Shown one piece after another: positions 18,491-27,039 of a stretch of 64,000 bases of DNA. Each line of letters starts with the position of its first letter. The stretch's first letter is position 1. Source of the DNA: a virus (Duplodnaviria; Caudoviricetes). Under the pieces are notes generated by a model. It was not told where the DNA came from. It saw nothing but the letters and a program-made list of their open reading frames with translations, and searched no databases. The stretch lies in IMG/VR virus record IMGVR_UViG_3300029305_004322, positions 92,855 to 156,854 of that record; one strand, given 5' to 3'. The translations under genes were made by a program, and so were the position numbers.

Positions 18491-18569
18491 AAAAAAAGAA
18501 ACTCTTATTACCAAGAGTTTCTTTTTTTTTTTTGAAAGAAGATTACCTAATTCATTTAGGTAATCTTCT
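18491..18569. terminator. Back-to-back terminators for convergent genes
   Basis: AAGAAACTCTT/AAGAGTTTCTT plus T-run, and AGAAGATTACCTAA/TTAGGTAATCTTCT. Confidence 0.75.
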
Positions 18570-18654
18570 ATAATTTTCTATACATTCTAATCCAAAATAG
18601 TTTGCTGCTCTTATAGTACGGCTTAGATCTAGTCCATCCCATAAGTTATGTTTA

Positions 18655-18981
18655 TCATTCAAAATTAAAATAATCCAGCCACCAGTCAGGATCATCAGTA
18701 TTAGGATTATCAATATGTTTAAACTCTGTAAATAATTCTGATTCATATATACCATCATATAATTTATCAGTTCCAACTTCTTTAATTACATAAGTAAATT
18801 CTTTAAAAAATAAACCGCTCTTCTTACTAGATACTTCCTCAACAGTATACTCAACACAGAATCTTAAAGTTCGTTTTAATATATTGGGGCGGATTTCAAC
18901 TATCTTAAATACCTTATCGCCTACTTTAAATCTAGGCTTATCACCACTTTTATAAAATGTTTTTGCGTCTAACCATCCCAT
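18655..18981 (-). CDS. Hypothetical protein (SH3-like barrel)
   Basis: PRFKVGDKV...YTV...Y.I...ESEL pattern; AGGAG SD. Confidence 0.7.
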   Translation of the reverse strand: MGWLDAKTFYKSGDKPRFKVGDKVFKIVEIRPNILKRTLRFCVEYTVEEVSSKKSGLFFKEFTYVIKEVGTDKLYDGIYESELFTEFKHIDNPNTDDPDWWLDYFNFE

Positions 18982-19045
18982 AATACTTACTCCTTATCTT
19001 TTTATTTTATTGTTTTTCATACATTTTTAATACTTTATCGAATTT

Positions 19046-19279
19046 TTATCCAAAATAGTACTTCTCGACACTAATAACTTCAGTATCATTCCAAATAATT
19101 TCCCAATCCTCATCATGACCTGATGAACAGTTAGTACAACTACATAAACTAGCTGTATTACCATCGTTATTAGTAAGTGAGACTTGTATGATGAGTTCTT
19201 TATTACAGATAGGACATATTGGGAAGAGTTTGTGGGAGTTGATAGTGGTATTATTGATGAAAGGGTAGGGTGAGGTCAT
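19046..19279 (-). CDS. Small zinc-finger protein
   Basis: CPIC...CTNC; ATGA overlap with the upstream endonuclease gene. Confidence 0.7.
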   Translation of the reverse strand: MTSPYPFINNTTINSHKLFPICPICNKELIIQVSLTNNDGNTASLCSCTNCSSGHDEDWEIIWNDTEVISVEKYYFG

Positions 19280-20271
19280 ATATCTAACTCCTTAAGATAT
19301 TCATTTAGATCTTTCTTTAAAACTTTTTCTAAATTATCAAAGTCTTTGTAACTAATTCGTATGAGACCAATATTGTTATCTAAACAATAGTTAGTTTTGA
19401 TTTCATCATGTAATTGAATTGTATCTAAGTCAGCTGCATAAGAACCAAAATTAGCTTTTTCGTAATGTTGTATACCATCAAACTCTATACAAAGATCATA
19501 AGCTGGAATATAAAAATCAAATGGTAAAGGATTTTTATCTCTACAGTCTTTAAATCTGTATTGCTGTATAAATTCTATATTTCTACTTTCTAAGACTTTT
19601 CTTACTCTTTGCTCACCTACAGATTCATTACATCTTGGACATTTATAGTCTTTTCTTTTGAAATGGTCTATATCGGTATCGAAGTCTCTACCACAACCAC
19701 CAATATGTAAGATTTTTATCAAACTCTTAGTGTTTTTATAATTGTCTGAAAGAAGTTTATATTCACCAGAATGTTTAGTTTCAACAATTTTCTTAACATC
19801 TTCATAAGATAACCTATTTGGATGATTAATTACTTGGTATTGTCTAGAACATATAGGACATCTAGTATTTGCTTTATTCTTTGGATTTGTTAAGAATCCA
19901 ACAGTTGGTTTTTTAAATTTTTCACCACATATTTTATGGAAAAATTCCATTGGTGTTTTGTTATCTTTACACTCAACACTTAGTAATTCGTATTCATCTC
20001 CATCTGGTAGGTTTTTGATTTCTTCTCTAAAACTTTCTAAAGTTCTTTCTTTATTTCCATAACATTTTGGACATCTTCTTCCTTGTTGAAATTTATTTGG
20101 TGTAACTTCATATTGATGTCCACATGTGTTATGCCTCATTTTAATTTTTACATCAGTTTTCACATATTTTCCTAAAACCGTATACTCATCTCCCACTAAA
20201 CTATAAACTAAATCTCTAAATTCTTTATCTGTCATAGGAGGAACATAACCCTTTGCATTTTTATTACTCAT
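19276..20271 (-). CDS. Free-standing homing endonuclease (Vsr/DUF559-like EDxHD nuclease with Zn-ribbon repeats)
   Basis: Repeated H..CG...CP.C modules; LPFDFYIP...IEFDGIQH...HDEIK...LIRISY; own AACA-N6-TA promoter at 20321-20332. Confidence 0.8.
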   Translation of the reverse strand: MSNKNAKGYVPPMTDKEFRDLVYSLVGDEYTVLGKYVKTDVKIKMRHNTCGHQYEVTPNKFQQGRRCPKCYGNKERTLESFREEIKNLPDGDEYELLSVECKDNKTPMEFFHKICGEKFKKPTVGFLTNPKNKANTRCPICSRQYQVINHPNRLSYEDVKKIVETKHSGEYKLLSDNYKNTKSLIKILHIGGCGRDFDTDIDHFKRKDYKCPRCNESVGEQRVRKVLESRNIEFIQQYRFKDCRDKNPLPFDFYIPAYDLCIEFDGIQHYEKANFGSYAADLDTIQLHDEIKTNYCLDNNIGLIRISYKDFDNLEKVLKKDLNEYLKELDI

Positions 20272-20350
20272 ATTATTTTCCTTTCTTATATTTCTTATTT
20301 TTATAACCAGGTGTATAATATATATTTTTGTTCTCTTTTAACAAATAAAA

Positions 20351-20380
20351 ATCCCCTATTCCATTTAAGGAATAGGGGAT
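20351..20380 (-). terminator. Terminator after the major capsid gene
   Basis: ATCCCCTATTCC / GGAATAGGGGAT. Confidence 0.8.
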
Positions 20381-20417
20381 CAATATATCTAGCTATACTC
20401 TATTAAGAATTCCTAGA

Positions 20418-22331
20418 TTAATATCCAGGAGTCTGAGGTCTAATATCTTAGTTTGACATTTGTTAGATGTCAGTCTTCTATTTTCATAGAAGTAGAGATT
20501 ATATCATAATCCATTTCTCGCTTTTGGATTCTAAATACAGATCGCAAACTTATGCGACACTTAATCGTTGAACCTTATTTCTAAGGATGCTGATTGGCAA
20601 TAGCTTTTCCAGCAATTCTTTTAGATTTGATATGCATTTCTGCATAAAACCGCTATATTTGTTAACGGCACCGATATTATTCTTGATAGTAATACGGCAG
20701 ATAAGGGGAGTGAACTCCTCAAGTGCATGACGCTTAGTCATCATAAGACTAGGAACGTTAGGCATATTAGGATCACGGTAACCTCTTTCTACGTTAAAGG
20801 TGTAAGGATAGTACTTGTAGGTCATGAGACGATCAATTCCAGGTACGAAGAACATAATGAACGCACCTGCAGGAACTAGGTCACTAGAAACCATCTCATA
20901 CTTGTTAGCACCAGAGAAAGCACCAAGGTTGAAGGATACATCAACACCAGACATCTGGTCAGAAGTGTGGTTGAATACCCAGTCAACGTTAGGAATGATC
21001 TGCATGTCAATGGGGTTACCAATGATCATGAACTTACCACCGTGGAACTTAGCATCAGACTTCATCTTGATTGCATAGTAGTCAATGACAGTCTTCAGCT
21101 CTTCACGCCAGCTCTTAGGAGTACCATTGTAACCAGCGGAAGGAATCATATTGAACTCACCTAAGTACTGAATGTTATTTACTTCGATAGAGTTGTTAAG
21201 GAAGTTGTAAATCTCAATTTCAAGCTGCTGAGCAACGGTCTGAGACATTAAGTCAACAACTTCAGCTGCGCCATCGATATTGTAGATAGCCATAGTATCC
21301 TGAAGCCACTCAATAGGCAGAGGAGCATTCAGGTGGCTGCCAACACCGATGGTAACGTCCTTAGTAAGAACGTCGAAGCTTACAGACTGACCGTAGTCAT
21401 TTGCTTCTTGAGAGAGACGAGCATCAATAAATGCATGAGTAATCATGTTGCCAGAAGACATTAAAGTGAACTTACCATCTGCATAGTCAACACGACCAAG
21501 TAGAGTCTCGTAAACTTCACCGTACTTAGTAACTACACCAGTAGTAGGATCAGTTAACTGAACGGGAATAGCAACACGAGCAGAAATAAGAGCATTCAGG
21601 TCGGTCTTGATGTGAACACGAATGGTCATCTCATCAATGTCACCACCTGCATAGCCATTCATGCTACCAGCAGCAGCCTGTTCAGCAGCTTGAGCAGCAG
21701 CCTGAACTGCAGCCTTGTTAACCTTAACAGTCTCAACATAGAAGACCTTGTCAATGGTGTCAGTGCCTTTTAGAGCAGGAACCTGTGGGAAACCATTAGC
21801 ATAGAGGTCGAAGTCAATCATAGGAAGTACAAGACCATCAGCAGGGTTAACGAATCTAGGAAGCTGAGCTTCTCTGTTGTTTAGATTATTGATAGCATCG
21901 GGAAGCTCTTTCTTGTTGCCTTCAGCATCCATTAAGTATGCCTTGGTGTAAGAAATAGCAAAACGAGGAGTTGCAACAACCTGAGTAGGAATAGCATGCT
22001 TTAGAGCTACCTTTGCCCACATCTTACGAATGGTAGGCATAGATAAGCCAGCGATTTGCTGAACGCCAGATACAGATGCTTCCTGAAGCATGCTGGTACG
22101 AGCGTTGTCCATAAGTTGATTGAAGTTTTCAACCTGGTCAGGCTCCATACCTTCAAGTAAGTGATCTTTATACTCATTGAAGAGAGTCTGCTCAGATAGA
22201 ATTTCTTCCATACCCTGATGGGAAGTCATCTGAATGCCTTTGTTAGCAAAGAACTCAGCTGCTTCTCTTAATACATCAGAGAAACCATCGTTCATTCTAG
22301 AACGAGCTGTTTGACGATATTCAATAGACAT
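20418..22331 (-). CDS. Major capsid protein (T4 gp23-like), spliced: 22331-20665 joined to 20439-20418 (or to 20446-20440)
   Basis: WLQDTMAIYNIDGAAEVVDLMSQTVAQQLEIEI resembles the gp23 LAQDLRAVHGMDADAEL segment; strong expression codon bias; near the prohead protease gene; the ORF-track C-terminus is intron sequence. Confidence 0.85.
20440..20664 (-). mobile_element. ORF-less group I intron in the major capsid gene
   Basis: Core AAUUGCUGGAA...AAUCAGCAUCCU...GGUUCAACGAUUA...GAUAUAAUC; P1 GCCGU|UA pairs with UAGCGGU giving the U-G pair; the 3' G is at 20440 or 20447. Confidence 0.85.
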
Positions 22332-22393
22332 AAGTTTAAATATCATACGTAATTTGATCGAAAGAGATCAAATCCAGTGTATGATTTCCTCCT
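22332..22393 (-). promoter_or_regulatory. Split ribosome-binding site: AGGAGG, then a hairpin, then AUG (capsid gene)
   Basis: SD at 22388-22393; outer stem AUCAUAC/GUAUGAU, inner stem AUUUGAUC/GAUCAAAU; AUG at 22331. Confidence 0.65.
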
Positions 22394-22518
22394 TTCATTT
22401 AGAAAAAATTTAATTTTTGTTTGATTTAATATGATGTAGTATATTAAAATCTTTTCTATAATTTGTAGTGTCATAGTTAGTTTTACTATTACCACTGCAA
22501 ATACATAATTTAGTAGAC

Positions 22519-22530
22519 TATTTATTTGTT
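22519..22530 (-). promoter_or_regulatory. Putative late promoter AACA-N6-TA for the capsid gene
   Basis: AACA AATAAA TA on the minus strand. Confidence 0.5.
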
Positions 22531-22562
22531 TACTTTTTTGTTTAGAAAAAATTTCGTTTTAG

Positions 22563-23156
22563 TTATTGATACATGACACTAATTTGTTTTACTATATCCG
22601 CATATGACTTTGTGGCTATTTTGATGTACATATAAAGCGTTAAAAGCTGCTTATAAGGCAAAATTAGGTACTGCTCAGTTAAAATAATTAATACCTTCTG
22701 TTTGTTTTCTTCCATTTTTTGGTTTACAAACATGTATATTTTTTGGGCATCATCTGAAAGATCTCTGGATAATATTTTATTTGTTGTTCCTAATAATTCT
22801 TCAATTACTTCTAGTAATGCTTTGTAGTCATTAAATAGCTTTCTTTTCTTAAAGATATCCTTGACATTTACTGAAGGACTACCAAGACCCATAGATGGAT
22901 CTCCACCCATTGTCATATCACCAGACATATTATTTCCACTGCCCATATCCATTTCTTCCATACCTGGGTCAAAACTTCCCTCACCCATATCATTCTCAAT
23001 CCCCATACTTGCATCTTGTTCTTGTGGTTCGTATGTAGTATTAGGTTCATTTGAGAATGTTGTTTGAGTTTGGTTAGTTTGTTGTACGTTACCAGGTGCT
23101 TCATTTAAAAGGGATAATAAGTATTCTTCACTTAAAATTTTAAAATCTCTTTCCAT
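22563..23156 (-). CDS. Probable prohead scaffold/core protein
   Basis: Directly upstream of the capsid gene; ILSEE and LLNE|A possible cleavage sites; acidic Met/Gly-rich linker. Confidence 0.55.
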   Translation of the reverse strand: MERDFKILSEEYLLSLLNEAPGNVQQTNQTQTTFSNEPNTTYEPQEQDASMGIENDMGEGSFDPGMEEMDMGSGNNMSGDMTMGGDPSMGLGSPSVNVKDIFKKRKLFNDYKALLEVIEELLGTTNKILSRDLSDDAQKIYMFVNQKMEENKQKVLIILTEQYLILPYKQLLTLYMYIKIATKSYADIVKQISVMYQ

Positions 23157-23180
23157 TTCTTTACTCCCTTTTATAGATAA

Positions 23181-23786
23181 TTACATTTTGTAAATCTTTC
23201 TTCCTGAACTAAAGGAATTCTTAGATCGAGCTGCTTCTATATGGGACATCTTAAAATTATATTCTACACGCTTTAAATTAAATTCCAGTTCAGCTGACAT
23301 CTTCTTTAAAAGAATTAGTTGCTCTTTTTGTTCTTTTTTAGGTTTTTGTAACTTTTCTAAAATAGCAATCTGAGCATCAACAGCTGCTTTATCGCCTTTA
23401 AGTGTAGTATATACTTTTAGAGCTTTTTCTTGTTCCATTTTTCTACTGATGGCATTATTTGTAACAGTTCTAGTAATTGCCATTAGCGGCATACCAATTG
23501 TTTTACCTAAGAATGGGAATTTTGTCGACATTTTATATAATGTTTTGCTATGATAACCGTAGCCGTTAACGATATATTCTTCATCACTAACTCTTTTTTG
23601 CATGTGCTTAAGAATCTCATTGCCTTTATTGACTATTTTCTTCTTTAGTACGTCTTTCTTATTATCATCTTGAATGCTTTCAATTGGTTTGTTTTCATTC
23701 TTTTCTTCAGATAATAGATTTAGTTCTTCTAATAATACATTACTTTCATTTTCTATTTCTTGCAAAATATTCTTTTCGTCAATCAT
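23181..23786 (-). CDS. Probable processed head protein
   Basis: Acidic N-terminus with ILQE, LLEE and LLSE sites, basic body; late promoter at 23850-23861. Confidence 0.55.
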   Translation of the reverse strand: MIDEKNILQEIENESNVLLEELNLLSEEKNENKPIESIQDDNKKDVLKKKIVNKGNEILKHMQKRVSDEEYIVNGYGYHSKTLYKMSTKFPFLGKTIGMPLMAITRTVTNNAISRKMEQEKALKVYTTLKGDKAAVDAQIAILEKLQKPKKEQKEQLILLKKMSAELEFNLKRVEYNFKMSHIEAARSKNSFSSGRKIYKM

Positions 23787-23952
23787 GAAATATTATCTCC
23801 TTTCTGTATATTCTAGGATTAAAGTTAAACATTAATTTTTGTCATACTTTAATGTAATGTTGGAATTTTATTGAAAAATTATAAAGCCTGTTTCAAATAT
23901 ATATTCTCATCTTGTAATCAAATAAAAACAAGAAAGGTAGGATTTAAATTTT

Positions 23953-24168
23953 ATGACAATTTCTGATGATGCAATCCGAAAGATAAAAGGTGCTTACAGA
24001 AGCAATAGAGAAGAACTACGTGAACTAGAGAATATTATAGATGAAAATGGAATCACAGATGATGGAATTTCTGATGTATCAATTTCTTTTGAGCAAGGAT
24101 ATAACAATGCTTTAGAGTTTGTTTTAACTTTGTTAGCGATTGATATAGTAGAAGCAAGAAAAGAGTAA
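23953..24168 (+). CDS. Hypothetical protein in a stand-alone cassette
   Basis: 71 aa, with TATATAT motif at 23896 and terminator at about 24181-24210. Confidence 0.7.
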   Translation: MTISDDAIRKIKGAYRSNREELRELENIIDENGITDDGISDVSISFEQGYNNALEFVLTLLAIDIVEARKE

Positions 24169-24302
24169 GAAACTTTACTAAAAACTTCCTTTACTTAAAA
24201 AGGAAGTTTTTTTTTTTGGAATGTAATCGTATATCATAGCTTAAATTATAAAAGTCAACATTACATTAAATAATCTAATACAGAAAGGAGCTGTTATTTA
24301 AC

Positions 24303-26623
24303 TTGAGAGATGAAAAAATTAAGGGTTATATCATTTCTGAAGACGCTATGATTAGTACACCTAAGATTATCAGTGATAAATCTGGTCAGCCTACTGTCAT
24401 AGAAACTGTTCTTCAAGAGGGTGATATACAAAATAGAAATAAACGTATCTATCCTGCTGATGTAATTAAAAATGCTCTTAGATCTGAATATGTTCAAGAA
24501 CGTTTGAGAACTAAATCATGGTTGGGAGAGGCTGGTAAATAAGGATTGCCGATTTGCATAGTGATATGCAAACTACTTATTTCTTTAATTGCTGGAAGTA
24601 CTTAATATAAGGTAATCAGCATCCTTAATTTAAATTAAGGTTCAACGACTATAGAGAACTAAAATTGGTTCTAAATGAGAAACATCTGGTAAACAGATGA
24701 AGATATAGTCTAAACTCTAGTGTCTAAACTAGAGATGATAATCTGTGCAAGTGTAATGAACTTGTATGAATATTTTGCATCCATTATCCCCAACTGTAGA
24801 GAGACAGCTATACATTGATCAATCAAATCTATCTCACTTAATTACTGATGTTTGGTGGGAAAGAAACTTACTTAAAGGACGAGTAGAAACATGTCTAACT
24901 GAAAGAGGTCGAGACATGCAAGGCTTAATCAGACAAGGAATGCAAGTGGCTTTCTCAATGAGAGGATTCGGTAAACCCGAAATTTTAAGCTAAGTCTAAT
25001 AATTTACAAAAAAGAAAAACCACTCATGCAACAAATTATTAATTTTATTAAAAGGAGTTGATTACATGGGTGCTACTAAAACTTTAAAACAACGAGAAGA
25101 GATTCTAAAAGATAGAATTAAAAAACATTATCCTGATTATACGCTTATAACTCCATATCCACCTGAAGGTGCTAGAGGAGATATTGCATTAAGACATAAA
25201 GATGGACATATTTGGAATACTAAACCACGTTACTTAGATGATAAAGGGACATGTGGAGATCCTGCATTTTTTTATAAAAAACGTAAGGTATCTCATAGAG
25301 GTAATAAACCTATGACACAACAAGAATATGAAGAACGATTTTATTCACGTTGGTCTATAGATGTCTATGAAATCGTAGGACCTTTTAGTAAGGTACATAC
25401 TAATATAGCTGTCCTTTGTAAAAAATGTGGGGAAGTATGGTATCCAAAAGCTAATGATATGATTCACGATAAAATATCTAAAGGCTGTAAATATTGTTAT
25501 GGAACTATAAAACCTACTCTTGAAGAATATAAAAAGCAGGTTGAAGACCTAACGGATAAAGAATATACAGTCATAGCTGATGAATATATTGACTGTAAGA
25601 TTCCAATAAAAATGAAACATTTTTCAGATATTTGTAACAATCATGAATACGATTGTAGTCCAAATGAATTTATAAATCATAATGCTAGGTGTCCAAGATG
25701 CAATGAAATATTAGGTGAATCATTAGGAAGTAGAATGATAACAAAGTATTTAGAAACTCGAAATATCGAATATCAAAAAGAAGTTTGTTTTAAAGATTGT
25801 AGAGATATTTTACCATTGCCATTTGATTTTTATATAGAATCCTATGATATGCTTATTGAGTTTGATGGAAAACAACATTTTGAACCATCATATGGTTCAA
25901 CTAAAGAAAATAAAATAAAAAATCTTGAAAAAACTCAAAAGCATGATAGAATTAAAGATGAATGGGCAATTGAAAATAATATGAATTTTATCCGCATCTC
26001 ATATAAAGAGATGTCTGATATTGAAAAATTATTAGATGACTTTTTTAATAACTGTGCTGAATCCATAATATAAATTCTTTTAATTGCTGGAAACTCAAAA
26101 GACAATCAGCATCCTAGTATAGCTAGGTCCAACGACTATTGGCGTATTAAGTATTACGTCTATAAAGAATACCATTCATTAAAATGGTAAAGATATAGTC
26201 TAAACTTTACAGATATGTAAAGAATGTATAGCTTCACGTACTATACAAAATAACCTGCCAGTTTCAGAGAAAAAAGGCGATATTACCTATATCAAGGATC
26301 CACTCCATATTCTGACCTATGACTGGGTAATTCATCCTTCACACCGTCCTGCTTATATGACTTCCGTCTTACAAGAATCTACTTCTTATATGCCTGTTTC
26401 TGAGTCATATTTCATTCCTTTAACGGAAGATTCCATTATCAATTACCTTAACACTGAAAGTAAGAATGTAAAGTCTCTAAAGGATCAACTTAACTTCCAA
26501 GATGCCAAGACTTTAGGTAAGAAAGGCAACTTAATTTACTTCCAAGAAGGTAACACTATCTTAGCTGCTTATCTAGAAGACTACATAACTGTAGAACTTG
26601 ATAGATATTTAGCAAATTTGTAA
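24303..26623 (+). CDS. Prohead protease (T4 gp21-like), three exons: 24303-24536, 24778-24972, 26258-26623 (264 aa)
   Basis: Joined product reads NRNKRIYP...WLGEAG|HP...AFSMRGFG|PVSE...YDWVIHPSH, restoring all gp21-family motifs in frame. Confidence 0.9.
24537..24777 (+). mobile_element. ORF-less group I intron 1 in the prohead protease gene (241 nt)
   Basis: Exon ends GGU; P1 GGU|AA pairs with UUGCC (U-G); P10 GGAU pairs with AUCC; core UUGCUGGAA/AAUCAGCA, P7 GACUA/UAGUC; ends in G. Confidence 0.9.
24973..26257 (+). mobile_element. Group I intron 2 in the prohead protease gene, carrying a homing endonuclease in the P1 loop
   Basis: P1 GGAUUCGGU pairs with GCUGAAUCC (26056-26064); P10 AACUG pairs with CAGUU; core at about 26080-26210; terminal G at 26257. 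Confidence 0.9.
25066..26073 (+). CDS. Intron-encoded homing endonuclease (EDxHD/Vsr-like, Zn-ribbon repeats)
   Basis: LPFDFYIESYDMLIEFDGKQH...KHDRIKD...FIRISY; paralogous to 19276..20271; own promoter motif at 25030-25041. Confidence 0.85.
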   Translation: MGATKTLKQREEILKDRIKKHYPDYTLITPYPPEGARGDIALRHKDGHIWNTKPRYLDDKGTCGDPAFFYKKRKVSHRGNKPMTQQEYEERFYSRWSIDVYEIVGPFSKVHTNIAVLCKKCGEVWYPKANDMIHDKISKGCKYCYGTIKPTLEEYKKQVEDLTDKEYTVIADEYIDCKIPIKMKHFSDICNNHEYDCSPNEFINHNARCPRCNEILGESLGSRMITKYLETRNIEYQKEVCFKDCRDILPLPFDFYIESYDMLIEFDGKQHFEPSYGSTKENKIKNLEKTQKHDRIKDEWAIENNMNFIRISYKEMSDIEKLLDDFFNNCAESII

Positions 26624-26759
26624 ACTTTTAATGAAAGATTAGCTAGTTTTATGATATAGCTAATCTTTCATTTTCTTTTTTTTGGAAACGAACATACTAT
26701 TAAAGCAGTGATATTACACCTTTATAATTTGGAAAAAATACGACAGAAAGGAGACTTAT

Positions 26760-27020
26760 ATGCCTGGCAATCATAAAATACATGCAAAACAAATTGACAT
26801 TCAGAGTGTGGAAACTGCTCTGGATGAATTATTTTTAAAGAAGAATGAAATTGTTACTGATGTTGAAGAAGTAGTTCCAGAAGTGTATGAACTTCCTGTA
26901 GCAACTAAAGTAGTAGCCGCTGTAATTGAGCAAAAAGCTGACTGTGAGCATAAGCATAGCGTTAGTGATATTGTTGATTTAAATGTGTCAATAGATGTCA
27001 TTGATGGCGGTGAAATTTAA
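26760..27020 (+). CDS. Small fibre-associated protein
   Basis: HKHSVSDIVDL (HxH fibre repeat) and VIDGGEI C-terminus; late promoter at 26691-26702. Confidence 0.7.
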   Translation: MPGNHKIHAKQIDIQSVETALDELFLKKNEIVTDVEEVVPEVYELPVATKVVAAVIEQKADCEHKHSVSDIVDLNVSIDVIDGGEI

Positions 27021-27039
27021 GTCTATGGGTGGTTGATAT

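Noticed and set aside
18552-18776. ORF 18552..18776 and a 24-aa ORF at 18568..18642 (MGWTRSKPYYKSS...)
   Set aside because: The first overlaps a real gene and a terminator. The second resembles the start of 18655..18981 and may be a duplication remnant, but it has no SD, so it was not called.
20550-20664. ORF-track C-terminus of the capsid protein (NKYSGFMQKC...LSVA)
   Set aside because: It is read-through into intron RNA (P1 to P7) and is unlikely to be the main mature end.
24303-26623. Protease fragments as a pseudogene, frameshift or stop-codon recoding
   Set aside because: Group I cores with correct P1, P7, P10 and terminal G explain both gaps and restore the frame. Other genes are intact under the standard code.
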